A DNA stretch of 64,000 nt from an uncultured Spirochaetota bacterium (GCA_963781885.1 CAWAHW010000006.1:160001-224000), one strand, 5' to 3'; positions 52,377 to 62,653 are shown, counted from the stretch's first letter. Translations and numbers: made by a program. Notes: a model not told the origin generated them from the letters alone.

Positions 52377-52931
52377 ATGATCAAACAGATTGGGGTGCGA
52401 TGGATCGTCCTTCTCTGCATGATGCCGGCAGCGCTCATTTCCTGTGCGACGGTACGGGAGAAAACCGAGTCGTACATCCTGGCGGACGAGCCGCCCCTTA
52501 CGCGGCCCATGGATGCATGGCTGCGGACGCTAGAGATCGTGTCGGACAATCTCCCGCTCTCGGAGGACTATGCCCTCATCCGCGACTCACTTGCGGCCAT
52601 CGCTTCCCGGCATGGGTTTCTCCTGTCATCGATGCAGGCAAGCCAGCCGTACGTGTTTGACCTCGTGGTCCACGAGCGCTCCTATGCGGTGGACCTCGAG
52701 TCAAAAAGCTCGGTCATGGCGGTCCTGAATGTGACCTCTTCATCCGACGGCATTCACCCCAAGGCGCGTGTGGTCTATTCAGCAGTGACGGGGGATTCCA
52801 TCGTGTCGCTGTACCAGGTCGGGGAAGTTGCGGAAAAGATATTCAGCTCCCTGGCTGCGACGCTCGCCGACGGGGAGGCAAAAGCAAAGAGCAAGGCCCT
52901 GGCGGACGCGCGGGCCGGCTCGGCTCCGTGA
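52377..52931 (+). CDS. Lipoprotein of unknown function
   Basis: RBS AAGGAG; lipobox ALISC. Confidence 0.75.
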   Translation: MIKQIGVRWIVLLCMMPAALISCATVREKTESYILADEPPLTRPMDAWLRTLEIVSDNLPLSEDYALIRDSLAAIASRHGFLLSSMQASQPYVFDLVVHERSYAVDLESKSSVMAVLNVTSSSDGIHPKARVVYSAVTGDSIVSLYQVGEVAEKIFSSLAATLADGEAKAKSKALADARAGSAP

Positions 52932-52941
52932 GCGCTCCACG

Positions 52942-54330
52942 ATGAGGGTCGGTTGCATGCTGCTTCTGCTGGTGTCGATCGACGCACTGCTTTCCGCGCA
53001 ATCGGCACCCCCGCTGTCCCTGACACTGGCGCAGGCGGAGAATCTCGCCCTTTCGAGCGCGGATGCCCTTCGCATTCAGGACTTGAAGATACGGTCGTCG
53101 GCCCGACGACTGGCGCTCGGCGTCCGAGACTACCTTCCGCAGATTGAGCTCGGCTTCTCCACCGCGGACACCGTGAATCTTGTCGCGCAGGACGCCCTGT
53201 CGAAACAACTGAGCCTCACCGTGCGGGAGCCGATCTACAACGGCGGTCGCGCCTCGTCTCAAAGATCGCTCGCCCGCGTGCAGCTCATTCTGACGCAGCA
53301 TGGTGCAGCCGTCGCCCGTGAAGACGTCTTGAATGATGTCTGGGACAAATTTCACCAGGTTCTCGTGCTCCAATCCCAGCGCGCGGTAAAGCTGGACGCC
53401 CTGACGCAATCGCGGCAACAGCTCGCGATCGCCCGAACGGAGCGCGGCCTGGGAATGATCCGCGAGATCGACTTGCTGGACGTCGAGCTTACCGTGAGCA
53501 ATCAGGAGATCGATCTCCAGTCAACCGAAACAGATATCGACAACGCGTTGTATGCGTTGAAAAAAGCCATCGGATTGTCCCCGGGCCAGGACCTCTCGCT
53601 GGAAGGCAGGATCGACTCCGATTATGAAGGAATTTCGATCGAGCAGCCGGTGTCGGAGCTCTTTGCGATCGCGCAGCGGAACAACCTCGACGTGCAGTCG
53701 GCCGGGTACAAGGTGAACCAGATGGAGGCCCAGCTTGCCCTGGCGCGCAGCAGTTTCCTTCCGCAGATTGCTGCAAATCTCTCACTCTCGGTCGCTGGGC
53801 CCGACTTCCCCCTTCAAACCCCGTCCGTGATGCTCGGCTTGGATATCTCGTTCCCCGACGCCGCCGCGCCCGTGAAGGGGAGTGCCTCGGGCGGCGTCAC
53901 AGGTCCCACGGCCACGACGCGCGACACTTCCGTCACGATTGATCCCCTGCAGGCGGTGACGGGAGGCCTCGATGAGCGCGACGCGCGGCTGCAGTTGGAG
54001 GAAGCGCGTGTGGCAATGCGGGCGCTCACCCGGGACCTGGACTTCCAGATCGGCCAGTCGATCTCCACCTACCGGCGTCACGCGACGACCATTGCGCTAG
54101 AGCGTCAGGCTCGGGATCTGCAGCAGAGGAAGCTCAAGGTCCTCGCGCAGCAGGTGTCAGACGGATCGGCGACGCGCGTGGACTATTTGAAGCAGCAGAC
54201 GGAAGCCGCAGACCAGGAAGTGCAACTGCTGTCGGACATCCTCTCGCTCATTCGAGACGAAAGGACCCTGGAACGTCTCATCGGTCTGGAACCGGGTGGA
54301 CTTGACCAGCCGGCGCGGAGTGGGTCATGA
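52942..54330 (+). CDS. TolC-family outer membrane protein
   Basis: Signal peptide; LSLTLAQAENLAL, YLPQI, PIYNGG, GMIREIDLLD and second repeat FLPQI...GSATRVDYL. Confidence 0.9.
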   Translation: MRVGCMLLLLVSIDALLSAQSAPPLSLTLAQAENLALSSADALRIQDLKIRSSARRLALGVRDYLPQIELGFSTADTVNLVAQDALSKQLSLTVREPIYNGGRASSQRSLARVQLILTQHGAAVAREDVLNDVWDKFHQVLVLQSQRAVKLDALTQSRQQLAIARTERGLGMIREIDLLDVELTVSNQEIDLQSTETDIDNALYALKKAIGLSPGQDLSLEGRIDSDYEGISIEQPVSELFAIAQRNNLDVQSAGYKVNQMEAQLALARSSFLPQIAANLSLSVAGPDFPLQTPSVMLGLDISFPDAAAPVKGSASGGVTGPTATTRDTSVTIDPLQAVTGGLDERDARLQLEEARVAMRALTRDLDFQIGQSISTYRRHATTIALERQARDLQQRKLKVLAQQVSDGSATRVDYLKQQTEAADQEVQLLSDILSLIRDERTLERLIGLEPGGLDQPARSGS

Positions 54331-55706
54331 GAACGGGCGCCGCGGCGGTGGGCTTCCTTGCGTGCAGCCTGGTGACTTTCTTCGCTCTCCTGTCGTGCAG
54401 CAGGGGAAATACGCGCAATGCCGACCCGGCCGCGGCGCAGACAATTCCGGTGAAAGTCCTTGTCGCGGTCAAGGAGCCTTTCACGCCCGAGCTGCGCAGC
54501 TTTGGCAGCATTTCCTACCGATCCAAGGCCGACATTGCAACGACGGTGGACGGTACGGTGAATAGTCTTGCCGTCGATGAAGGGGATCACGTCAAGGCAG
54601 GCGCCCTGCTTGCCCAATTGGAGAATGTGCAGCTTTCCATCAGGAAGAGCCAGGCGGAATCGCAGCTGGTCGCCGCGCAGGCGGCCGTGGAGCTTGCCCG
54701 CGCGCAGCTTTGGGAAGGAAAGCAACAGGTCGAGGCGCGGATGCTCTCGCTGAAAAAGACGCAGCTCGACATCGACCAGAAGAAGCGCGAATGCGACGAT
54801 CTCGGTGCCACCCTGGCGAGCCGGGAGGAGCTCTTCAAGGTGGACGGCATCAGTGAAGAGCAGCTTCAGTCGCTTCGCCTTCAACATCAATCTGCAGAGA
54901 CGACCTACGAGGGGTTGCTCACCGACTACGCCATCAACAACATCGGGCTGCGCGACCAGGACATCCTCGCGGCCGGCATGGCGGTTCCGACCCGGGAGCC
55001 CGATCGCGTCGCCCTTCTCGTCACGATCAACGTCCAGACGCTCCAGGCGCAGCTGGATTCTGCGACGGCTGGCCTGCAAACGGCGAAGTCGGATCTCCAG
55101 GCCGCGAGCGCTCTCGTGGATGAGATGAGCATTACCTCCCCGGTTGCGGGCATCATCGGCGCCCGTCAGTGCGGAGTGGGGGAGAGGCTGCGGACGGGCG
55201 ACAAGCTTTTCACGATAATCGACGATGCCCAGCTCTATGCCGTTTTTCTCGCTGCAGAAGACCGCGCCATGGGACTGAGCGAAGGGATGCCCGTCGAAGT
55301 CGAAGTGCCCGCGCTGGGAAATCGTCTCTATCGATCCCGCATCTCCATCGTCTCGCCATTGCTCGATCCGCAGTCCGGCAACCTCACCGTTCGCGCGCTC
55401 CTCGCCAATCAGGCCGGCGGCCTGAAGCCCGGCCTTTTCATTCGGGTGCGTGTTCAGACGGGAGAAACGCGTCAGGCCATCCTCATTCCCCTTTCGGCCA
55501 TCGTAGGGAGGAACGGAAAGGACGGCTCTGTCTATGTCGTCCGCGATGGACGCAGCTTCCGCCGGCCTGTCGTGCTCCGGCTCGACACGGAAGGTCAGTC
55601 GCCGGGCAAGCTGGAGGTTGAAAGCGGAATCGGCGCCGGGGATCGGGTGGTCGATGAGCCGTCGCCAATGCTCCAGGACGGGGGAGACGTCCGTGAGACA
55701 CAGTGA
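54327..55706 (+). CDS. RND periplasmic adaptor (MFP) lipoprotein with long alpha-hairpin
   Basis: Lipobox LLSC; GTV..L.VDEGD.VKAG.LLAQL, ITSPVAGII, LKPGLF, VESGIGAGDRVV motifs. Confidence 0.92.
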   Translation: MRTGAAAVGFLACSLVTFFALLSCSRGNTRNADPAAAQTIPVKVLVAVKEPFTPELRSFGSISYRSKADIATTVDGTVNSLAVDEGDHVKAGALLAQLENVQLSIRKSQAESQLVAAQAAVELARAQLWEGKQQVEARMLSLKKTQLDIDQKKRECDDLGATLASREELFKVDGISEEQLQSLRLQHQSAETTYEGLLTDYAINNIGLRDQDILAAGMAVPTREPDRVALLVTINVQTLQAQLDSATAGLQTAKSDLQAASALVDEMSITSPVAGIIGARQCGVGERLRTGDKLFTIIDDAQLYAVFLAAEDRAMGLSEGMPVEVEVPALGNRLYRSRISIVSPLLDPQSGNLTVRALLANQAGGLKPGLFIRVRVQTGETRQAILIPLSAIVGRNGKDGSVYVVRDGRSFRRPVVLRLDTEGQSPGKLEVESGIGAGDRVVDEPSPMLQDGGDVRETQ

Positions 55707-55739
55707 AGACGCGATGATGCGTCCGCGGAGGCGGTAACG

Positions 55740-57224
55740 GTGAAAGGAAAGGCGGCGCTTTTTGCACGAGTGGCGATGCTCGCGCTTGCGGTCTTCACCT
55801 TCGCCGACTGCGCCCTGATCGACCTGCGCGGATTTCCTGTCACGACATGGCCCGCCGTCCCGGAAGCCGTTGTGCCATCGGCGCAGAACGTGTGGGTGCA
55901 ATTCTCAGAACCGGTCGACCATGCGGTTGTCGAGCCGCTCATCGCGGTAACAGCGGCTGGGCAGAGCGTGGCGGGGGACTTTGCATGGAATTCCAACCAG
56001 GTGATCTTCACCCCCGTCAAGCCCTTCGCGCCCGGCGTGCGCCACGTTCTCAGCCTCCAGGGAACAATCAGGACAATCGCCGGACGTATGTTCGACGAGA
56101 GAATCATCGTCCCTTTCTATGTCGGCACCGACGCCCCGCCGCCGATCATTTCAGCCGTCACGCCGGCGGAGGGCGCCATCATCGGACGGTCCGCAACGCT
56201 GTCGCTGGGATTCTCCGAACCGATGGACAAGGAATGTTTCCGCGACGCCTTCAGCGTGAGCCCGGCGTCGGATTTTACGCTGGCGTGGAATGCGGATTGC
56301 ACGACCGTCACGATTTCTCCCCGCGAGCGCTGGATCGCGGAGACCCTCTACGCTTGGAGCGTCGCGAGCGCATGCAAGTCTCTGACAGGAGTCGCTGTCG
56401 CGAGGGTCTGGTCCGGCACCTTCCTTGTCCAGAACGACCCTTCCTCTCCTTCCGTGCTCCCGCCGGGGCGAGCCCTGGTTTCGGCCTCCCTGGTCTCGCC
56501 GCTGCCGGGGGGCCTCTCCGATCTGCTCCGCGGGGACTGCATCATGCTCGCCTTCTCAAAAGACGTCGATCTTTCGACCCTTGAAGCCGCCTTCTCGCTC
56601 TCTCCGGCCGTCATCGGAAGCTTGCGGAAGGTCTCAGCCGGTATTTTTGTCTTCGTGCCGGCAGAGGATTGGAGGATGGGGCAGGAGTATGTCCTGACCA
56701 TCACCACGGATCTGGAAGATCTGGCGGGCAATCCCCTTCCGTCCCCCTTTCGGCAGGTGTTCACCCCTGCCATTCCTGCGCAGACGGTTTGCGAAATCGA
56801 TCTGGTGGGCAACCTGACCGATACGCCCGTCTACGCAACCTCGGCGTTGAACAACAGCGTCCCTTATCTCCTCCATTGGACGGTGGGAGCGCCGCCGGAC
56901 GACGCGCTGGCGCTCACGATCACGTTACGCTTCAGCGAGCCTTATGATGACGCTCACAAGCCGATCATTGCGGGTGCGATCCGTCTCGACGGCTTTTTCC
57001 CCGAGTCCGTCATCAGCCCCCAGGTGACACAGGTGGGCTGGACCGGCCCGCGGACGGTGAACATTTCCTATACCGGTTTTACTCGCAGCGCAGACAGCCC
57101 TTCGCGTGAACGCATCTACTATCGGCTCAGCATACCGTCGGGGCCCGAGCAGACAGGCACCTTTGACGGCTCGTTTCTGTCGGATCCGGTCACGCTCCTG
57201 CTCGAATCGGGGTCCGACTCATGA
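55740..57224 (+). CDS. Ig-like (Big_5/SbsA-type) repeat protein, probable lipoprotein
   Basis: Repeated FSEPVD/FSEPMD/FSKDVD...F.P...Y.L.I...DLAGN units; N-terminal hydrophobic stretch ending FADC. Confidence 0.8.
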   Translation: MKGKAALFARVAMLALAVFTFADCALIDLRGFPVTTWPAVPEAVVPSAQNVWVQFSEPVDHAVVEPLIAVTAAGQSVAGDFAWNSNQVIFTPVKPFAPGVRHVLSLQGTIRTIAGRMFDERIIVPFYVGTDAPPPIISAVTPAEGAIIGRSATLSLGFSEPMDKECFRDAFSVSPASDFTLAWNADCTTVTISPRERWIAETLYAWSVASACKSLTGVAVARVWSGTFLVQNDPSSPSVLPPGRALVSASLVSPLPGGLSDLLRGDCIMLAFSKDVDLSTLEAAFSLSPAVIGSLRKVSAGIFVFVPAEDWRMGQEYVLTITTDLEDLAGNPLPSPFRQVFTPAIPAQTVCEIDLVGNLTDTPVYATSALNNSVPYLLHWTVGAPPDDALALTITLRFSEPYDDAHKPIIAGAIRLDGFFPESVISPQVTQVGWTGPRTVNISYTGFTRSADSPSRERIYYRLSIPSGPEQTGTFDGSFLSDPVTLLLESGSDS

Positions 57225-58744
57225 GCATGCCGCGGACGGCCCGCTCTCTCATCGTCTCTATCGTTCTGGCTGTCGTTCTTCTCCTCCTGCAGACGGGCAC
57301 TTCTTGCGTCCTCCTGGACATGAGCCCGCTCACCATTACGTCCTGGACACCGCAGGATGAACGGCTTGGCACCGTGAGCGGCGTGACGATACAAGTCCGC
57401 TTTTCACGGCTCGCCAACAAGCAGCTCGCCCAACAGGCCTTTTCAATCACGGGGGACGGCCAAAATGTCGAGGGTCGCTTCCTCTGGCCGGATGACCAGA
57501 CACTCCAGTTCGTTCCCGATGAGCCGCTGGAAGATTTCGTCATTTATCAGATGCGAGTTTCAGGGCAGGCTGAGGATACCCAGGGCCGGGACCTTCGCCC
57601 GGAGTTCGCGCATACATTCACCACAAAGAGCGACTACACACGCCCGACGGTATCCGCGATTGCCCCTGTCGACTATCAGAGCGTCGCGGACCAGCTGACC
57701 CCCGTTTCGATTGTCTTCAGCGAGCCAATGGATCGCGCCTCCCTGATCGCGGCATTCGCCATCGCCCCCGCGGTCCGTGGTCTCCTTTCTTTGAGCCCCG
57801 ACGGCAGAACGCTCACATTCACGCCGACCGAGCGGCTGCAATGGCAAACACGCTACATGATCACCATCGCCCGGAGCGCCGCCGACATTCAACGCAACGC
57901 GTTGGGAGCGGACTATACCTCGCATCTGTTCGTCGGAACAGAAAGCGTCGCCCCTTCAATCCTCTCTCTGCAGAGCGCTGATGGCACGCTCATCCTTTCG
58001 GCCGACGACCCAACCGACGCTGTGATGACCGTTGCATCCGGCTGGGAATCCACGGAGGGGCTCGTCGTGACATTCTCGGAGCCGGTGCTCACGAGCAGCG
58101 CATCCGCTGCCGTTCAGATTTCTCCGAGCGTTCCCAGCACGATCCGCGAGGCGAACAGCGAGTTTACCTCCACGCTTACGTACTCCTTCCCCGACCGGCT
58201 TGTCTACGGTGTCACCTACACCGTAAGCACCGTGCCGGGGGTGCAGGACGCCCAGGGAAACAAATCGATCGGGCAGGCTGCGTACCATTTCCTCGTTGAT
58301 GGGGCCGCAACAACGCCTCCAGTGATTACCCGCATATGCTACCCGGAAGGGACGGGAGACCCCGCGAATAATGTCACGCTTGTCGCGTACGACTCCCTTA
58401 CGCTTCCTCCCCTCACGGCGGGGGAGGTGGATTCCTTCTTCGATGTGTACGTCGACCTGGCACCGGGAGCGGCGCTCGATCCTTTTTCGATCGCGAAGGC
58501 CTTCAGCGTGTCGACGACGAACAACGCGGCGACGTTCGCTTCCTTTGCGGTCGAGGTGGGCCCCGCGCAGACGAACCCCGCTCCGAGGGCAACCGTGAAC
58601 GAGCTTGTTGCCCGGGTCTGGGTCCACGTCACGAACAATGCCTCATCGGGGCAGGTCGTGATCCATGTTTCGACCGATCTCAAGGACAACCGGGGAACGG
58701 CGCTCGCGCGGGAGCTCCTCCTGCCCTTGAACGATCCCGACTGA
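57221..58744 (+). CDS. Ig-like (Big_5/SbsA-type) repeat protein, probable lipoprotein
   Basis: FSEPMD, TLTFTP, DIQRN, DAQGN, DNRG units; signal ending GTSC; ATGA overlap with previous gene. Confidence 0.82.
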   Translation: MSMPRTARSLIVSIVLAVVLLLLQTGTSCVLLDMSPLTITSWTPQDERLGTVSGVTIQVRFSRLANKQLAQQAFSITGDGQNVEGRFLWPDDQTLQFVPDEPLEDFVIYQMRVSGQAEDTQGRDLRPEFAHTFTTKSDYTRPTVSAIAPVDYQSVADQLTPVSIVFSEPMDRASLIAAFAIAPAVRGLLSLSPDGRTLTFTPTERLQWQTRYMITIARSAADIQRNALGADYTSHLFVGTESVAPSILSLQSADGTLILSADDPTDAVMTVASGWESTEGLVVTFSEPVLTSSASAAVQISPSVPSTIREANSEFTSTLTYSFPDRLVYGVTYTVSTVPGVQDAQGNKSIGQAAYHFLVDGAATTPPVITRICYPEGTGDPANNVTLVAYDSLTLPPLTAGEVDSFFDVYVDLAPGAALDPFSIAKAFSVSTTNNAATFASFAVEVGPAQTNPAPRATVNELVARVWVHVTNNASSGQVVIHVSTDLKDNRGTALARELLLPLNDPD

Positions 58745-58745
58745 G

Positions 58746-61700
58746 ATGAAAGCGAGCGCGAACGGCACGGCCTTGCTGGAGACGTGGTTCCGACGGAAGG
58801 CGACGATTGTCTCCGTCCTGCTTATCCTCCTCGTCCTCCTGGTTGCCGCGTTGCGCTCGCTCCAGTTTGGTCCCTCCTGCGCCGTCGGACCGGCTGTTTT
58901 CTCCGTGTCGATGGAATACTTCGGTGTCGATGCGGAGGAGATGGAGCGCCTGGTCACCGTGCCACTGGAAGATGCGATTGCCGCCCTTTCCGGAATGCAG
59001 CGCCTGCGTTCCACCTCGGAATACGGCAAAAGCGTCGTGGAGGTGACCCTTTCTCCGACAACGGCTCCTGACCGTTTCTACCTTGCATTGCGCGACGCGG
59101 TGAACGGCCTCTCGGCCACGCTGCCGAAGGCGGTACAACGGCCGGAAATCCAGAGCGCCGCCAACGACCAGCGGCCTTTTTTCATCGCAACGGTTCTCGC
59201 TCCGGGGGCTACCCTCGATGAAACCCGCGACCTCGTCGAGTTGACGGTGAAGCCTGCCCTCAAGCGGATCGACGGGGTGGGGGAGCTGGAGGTCGGCGGG
59301 GGAAGCCAGCTCGAGGTCCACCTCGTCGTCGACCAGAAAAAGGCGGTCGCCGCCGGCCTTTCCTTCGACGCGATCGCGTCGGCGCTCCAGGCCGCCTATG
59401 TCTCTCGACCCATCGGTCGGCTGCGCGCGGCCGGGTTCGACACGCCCATCATCCTCGATGGCCGCTTCGACTCGCTTTGCGCGCTCGCCGATCTCTGCCT
59501 CAGTCTTGGAGACGACAGATTCGTCCGCCTGGGGGATATTGCCGACGTCACGTACGGCGGCCGCGAGCAGGACACCATCAGCCGCATCGACCAGGAGCAG
59601 AGGGTGACGCTTTTCATCAAGAGCGCCGGGACCGCCAACGTCGTCGCGGTGAGCAAAGCTCTCAGACGCAGGATCGCGGAACTGTCCTCTCGCCATCTGT
59701 CCTTTGACATCATCTACGATCTCGGTGCGGATCTCTCGGCGTCCATCGACGATGTGCTCTGGTCGCTTGCGGTCGCGATGGGGATCGTCGCGTTTTTTGT
59801 CGGTGTCGCTTTACGCCCCTTGCGGAATGCATGTCTCCTCACGGCATTCCTGCCGGTCGTTGTCCTGGCAGCTGCCGCCATCCTCTCATCGCTTGGCATC
59901 AGTGTGGACCACAACATTCTCGCCGGCATCGGCGTCGGGATCGGGATGATCGTGGATCCCGGCATCATCGTGCTGTCTTCGCTCGTGGCTGCGGGGCGAC
60001 CCGACGGCTCGCCCGCACGGGTCGTCAAGGAGCTGTTTTCCCCGCTTGTCGCCTCCACGGCCACAATGCTGATCGTCCTCATTCCCCTTCTCACCATGGG
60101 GCGCTCCATCAGCGGGCTGTCAGAAGTGTCGTACGCGCTTGCCCTCATGCTGGTCATTTCACTTTCACTCGCGGTTTTCTTCCTGCCGGCTTTTGCGAAA
60201 CGACGCGTCGTGACCGAGGGTGCGTGGTTTTCGACGGGCGGGCGGATCCCGTTCCTCGACCCTGAAAAGCTCCGACATCTGTCGCGTCGCGCGCGTCACA
60301 GCCTGGACGCGGTGGTTCTCTGGGCGGGCCTGCATTGCGGTGCCGTCCTGGCGGCAACGGCGCTCGTCTGCGGATTGGGGGTATTCGCCGCGTTCCGGAT
60401 GGACCTCGTCCTCACGCCGACCCCGGACGCGCATTCGATATTCGCGCACATTGAGTTCAAGAGCGGCACGAGCATCGACACGATTGACGAGCGCACGACC
60501 GCTTTGGCGCGCGTCATCGGCGCGATGCCGGGGGTGCGGCACGTGGAGTCAATTGCGCGCCGGGAAAGCAGCCAATTGACGATCACAACGACAGGCAGTC
60601 CGTCTGAGAATGCCGCCGTGCGTGCCGGCCTGACCCGGGCCGGCCTCCAGATGACCGACGCGTTCGTCTATCTGCCGGAAGGCATGGGTGACACCGACCA
60701 GGCGCTCGAGGTGAGCATCACGGGCGCGGACAACAACATGCTCCGGGAATGCGCGCGAAAAGTTGCGGAAATCCTCCGAGGCGCCTCCTGGGTGAGCCAG
60801 GTCGTCTTGAACTTCAAGGAGGGACCTCCGGCCTACGTCCTTTCCGTCGACCAGGAAGAGGTCTCTACCTATGGCCTCAGCACCGCCGACATCGCCGGCA
60901 CTTTGCGATGGAGCATGTATGGACCGGTGGCGTTGAAGTGGCTGGAACGCGATTCCCGCGAGATCGACCTGCGCATCCGAAGCCGCGCCGACGAACACGG
61001 AGATCTTGCCGCGATTCAACGAACGTCGATACTCGGCGCAGGGGGCCGGGCGGTCTCCGTGGCGAGACTCGGCACATTCGTGGCGGAACAGCCGCCGTCG
61101 CGGATTTTCCGTGCCGACCGACAGCGCGCCGTCTCGCTCACCGTCCACAGCGGGCTGCGCGACACAGGCCTCGTCCTGCGCAGTCTGGAATCGGCCCTCG
61201 CCGCCTTTCCCTTGCCTGCCGGGTATGCATTCCGCGTGGACAGGCTCATCTACGAACGACTCCGCCAGTTCCAGACCCTCGCAATGTTGCTGCTTGGCGC
61301 TTTGATGCTGGTCTTCATCACCCTCGCCACGCAAATGGAGTCCCTTTCGTCGCCGGTCCTCGTCATGTCGATCGTCCCGGTCTCGTTGTCCGTCCCCGTC
61401 GCATTCCTCTGGCTGATCCACGTCGGGATCGGCGTGTCGGTCATCGTCTCACTCATCATCATGACGGGCATCATCGTCAACAATGCCATCCTCATCCTGG
61501 ACCGGACACTCCGCCGCTGCGCCGCCCTGGAGAGCTTCAGCGCGGGGGAGGTGCGCCGGTCGCTGCGCTTCGCGGTGCGGCATCGCACCCGAGCGCTCCT
61601 CCTGACTTCGGCGGCCACAATTCTCGGCGTCACGCCATTTCTTTTCGGCGCCGTCGTCGGATCCGAGCTTTTCCGTCCCTTGGCTATCGTCGTTTTCTGG

Positions 61701-61799
61701 GGGACGATCGCGTCCCTCTGCGCAACATTTCTGGTGCTTCCGGCTGTCGCATCGGCCGTTCCCGTCTTTGCCCGCCGCTTTCCCGAGGTGAGGAGATGA
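58746..61799 (+). CDS. RND permease (AcrB/AcrD/AcrF family), divergent
   Basis: 1017 aa with 1+5+1+5 TM layout; EEMERLVTVPLEDAI, RLGDIADV, GMIVD, GIIVNNAIL motifs. Confidence 0.9.
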   Translation: MKASANGTALLETWFRRKATIVSVLLILLVLLVAALRSLQFGPSCAVGPAVFSVSMEYFGVDAEEMERLVTVPLEDAIAALSGMQRLRSTSEYGKSVVEVTLSPTTAPDRFYLALRDAVNGLSATLPKAVQRPEIQSAANDQRPFFIATVLAPGATLDETRDLVELTVKPALKRIDGVGELEVGGGSQLEVHLVVDQKKAVAAGLSFDAIASALQAAYVSRPIGRLRAAGFDTPIILDGRFDSLCALADLCLSLGDDRFVRLGDIADVTYGGREQDTISRIDQEQRVTLFIKSAGTANVVAVSKALRRRIAELSSRHLSFDIIYDLGADLSASIDDVLWSLAVAMGIVAFFVGVALRPLRNACLLTAFLPVVVLAAAAILSSLGISVDHNILAGIGVGIGMIVDPGIIVLSSLVAAGRPDGSPARVVKELFSPLVASTATMLIVLIPLLTMGRSISGLSEVSYALALMLVISLSLAVFFLPAFAKRRVVTEGAWFSTGGRIPFLDPEKLRHLSRRARHSLDAVVLWAGLHCGAVLAATALVCGLGVFAAFRMDLVLTPTPDAHSIFAHIEFKSGTSIDTIDERTTALARVIGAMPGVRHVESIARRESSQLTITTTGSPSENAAVRAGLTRAGLQMTDAFVYLPEGMGDTDQALEVSITGADNNMLRECARKVAEILRGASWVSQVVLNFKEGPPAYVLSVDQEEVSTYGLSTADIAGTLRWSMYGPVALKWLERDSREIDLRIRSRADEHGDLAAIQRTSILGAGGRAVSVARLGTFVAEQPPSRIFRADRQRAVSLTVHSGLRDTGLVLRSLESALAAFPLPAGYAFRVDRLIYERLRQFQTLAMLLLGALMLVFITLATQMESLSSPVLVMSIVPVSLSVPVAFLWLIHVGIGVSVIVSLIIMTGIIVNNAILILDRTLRRCAALESFSAGEVRRSLRFAVRHRTRALLLTSAATILGVTPFLFGAVVGSELFRPLAIVVFWGTIASLCATFLVLPAVASAVPVFARRFPEVRR

Positions 61800-62653
61800 C
61801 GAAGCTGCGCGGCTTTGCATGCCTTGTACTCGTTCCATCCCTCCTGGTCACGCTTGCCTCTTGTGCGGCCCGACAAGATTCGGTCGCCCTTGTCCTTTCC
61901 CTTGCCCCCGGCATGGAGAGGACGATGCAATTCACGACGGAGCAGCATTTCACGAGCTCACGCTTCGACGGCGCAGCGGACCCCTCGTCGACGCTCTCCC
62001 TCACGTACCGGTTCCGCGTCGAATCGGTGAGCGCAGCGGGAGTGGCAAAGGTCGAATCGTTGGTGCTCGACATCACGACGGCGAAAGGCGTTCCGGGAAT
62101 TGGTGCCCTTGCCGACAAGCTCCGTCGCCGGACGTACGTGGCGACAGTCGATGCATCAGGCCGTGTTCTCGATCTGCAGGCGGACAAGCCCGACGCGCTT
62201 GCTTTGCCGGGGGTGCCGCTTGCTCCCGCGGGCGGCACGGAGGGCGTTCCGTCAGGGGGTGATCTGGGGGTCCTTTTCGTTGGGCTGAATGGAGAGAAGG
62301 TATCCGTGGGCCAGACCTGGACGACAGCGCTGCCGCATCAGGGCTCGGGGCTCCGCGGGACTCTTCGCTGGACGCTCGCCTCGGTCGGCAGGTCCACGAC
62401 GCGCCTCGACTACACCGGCGTGCTGGAGAAACAGCGGGTGCCCATTTCCAACCTGCCCGCCGGCGCCGAGGCTATCCTGGCCGGCGATTGTTCCGGTTTT
62501 GTCGAGCTTGAAAGGGATACCGGCTGGCCGCGACGCGGCGCCATGGTGATCCGCGCGGACGTCTCCCTTGGCGCGTCAGAGACGGAGGCAGGCCCCGGCG
62601 CGGCATTCGTTTCGATGCGAATCGTCACTCGATTCGACGCGGTGCGCCGATGA
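61796..62653 (+). CDS. Beta-rich lipoprotein of unknown function
   Basis: ATGA overlap with RND stop; lipobox TLASC; KVSVGQTW motif. Confidence 0.72.
   Translation: MTKLRGFACLVLVPSLLVTLASCAARQDSVALVLSLAPGMERTMQFTTEQHFTSSRFDGAADPSSTLSLTYRFRVESVSAAGVAKVESLVLDITTAKGVPGIGALADKLRRRTYVATVDASGRVLDLQADKPDALALPGVPLAPAGGTEGVPSGGDLGVLFVGLNGEKVSVGQTWTTALPHQGSGLRGTLRWTLASVGRSTTRLDYTGVLEKQRVPISNLPAGAEAILAGDCSGFVELERDTGWPRRGAMVIRADVSLGASETEAGPGAAFVSMRIVTRFDAVRR

Noticed and set aside
60749-61795. N-terminal extension of the 634-aa ORF 60749-62653
   Set aside because: Overlaps the RND gene out of frame; the real gene starts at ATG 61796 with a lipobox.
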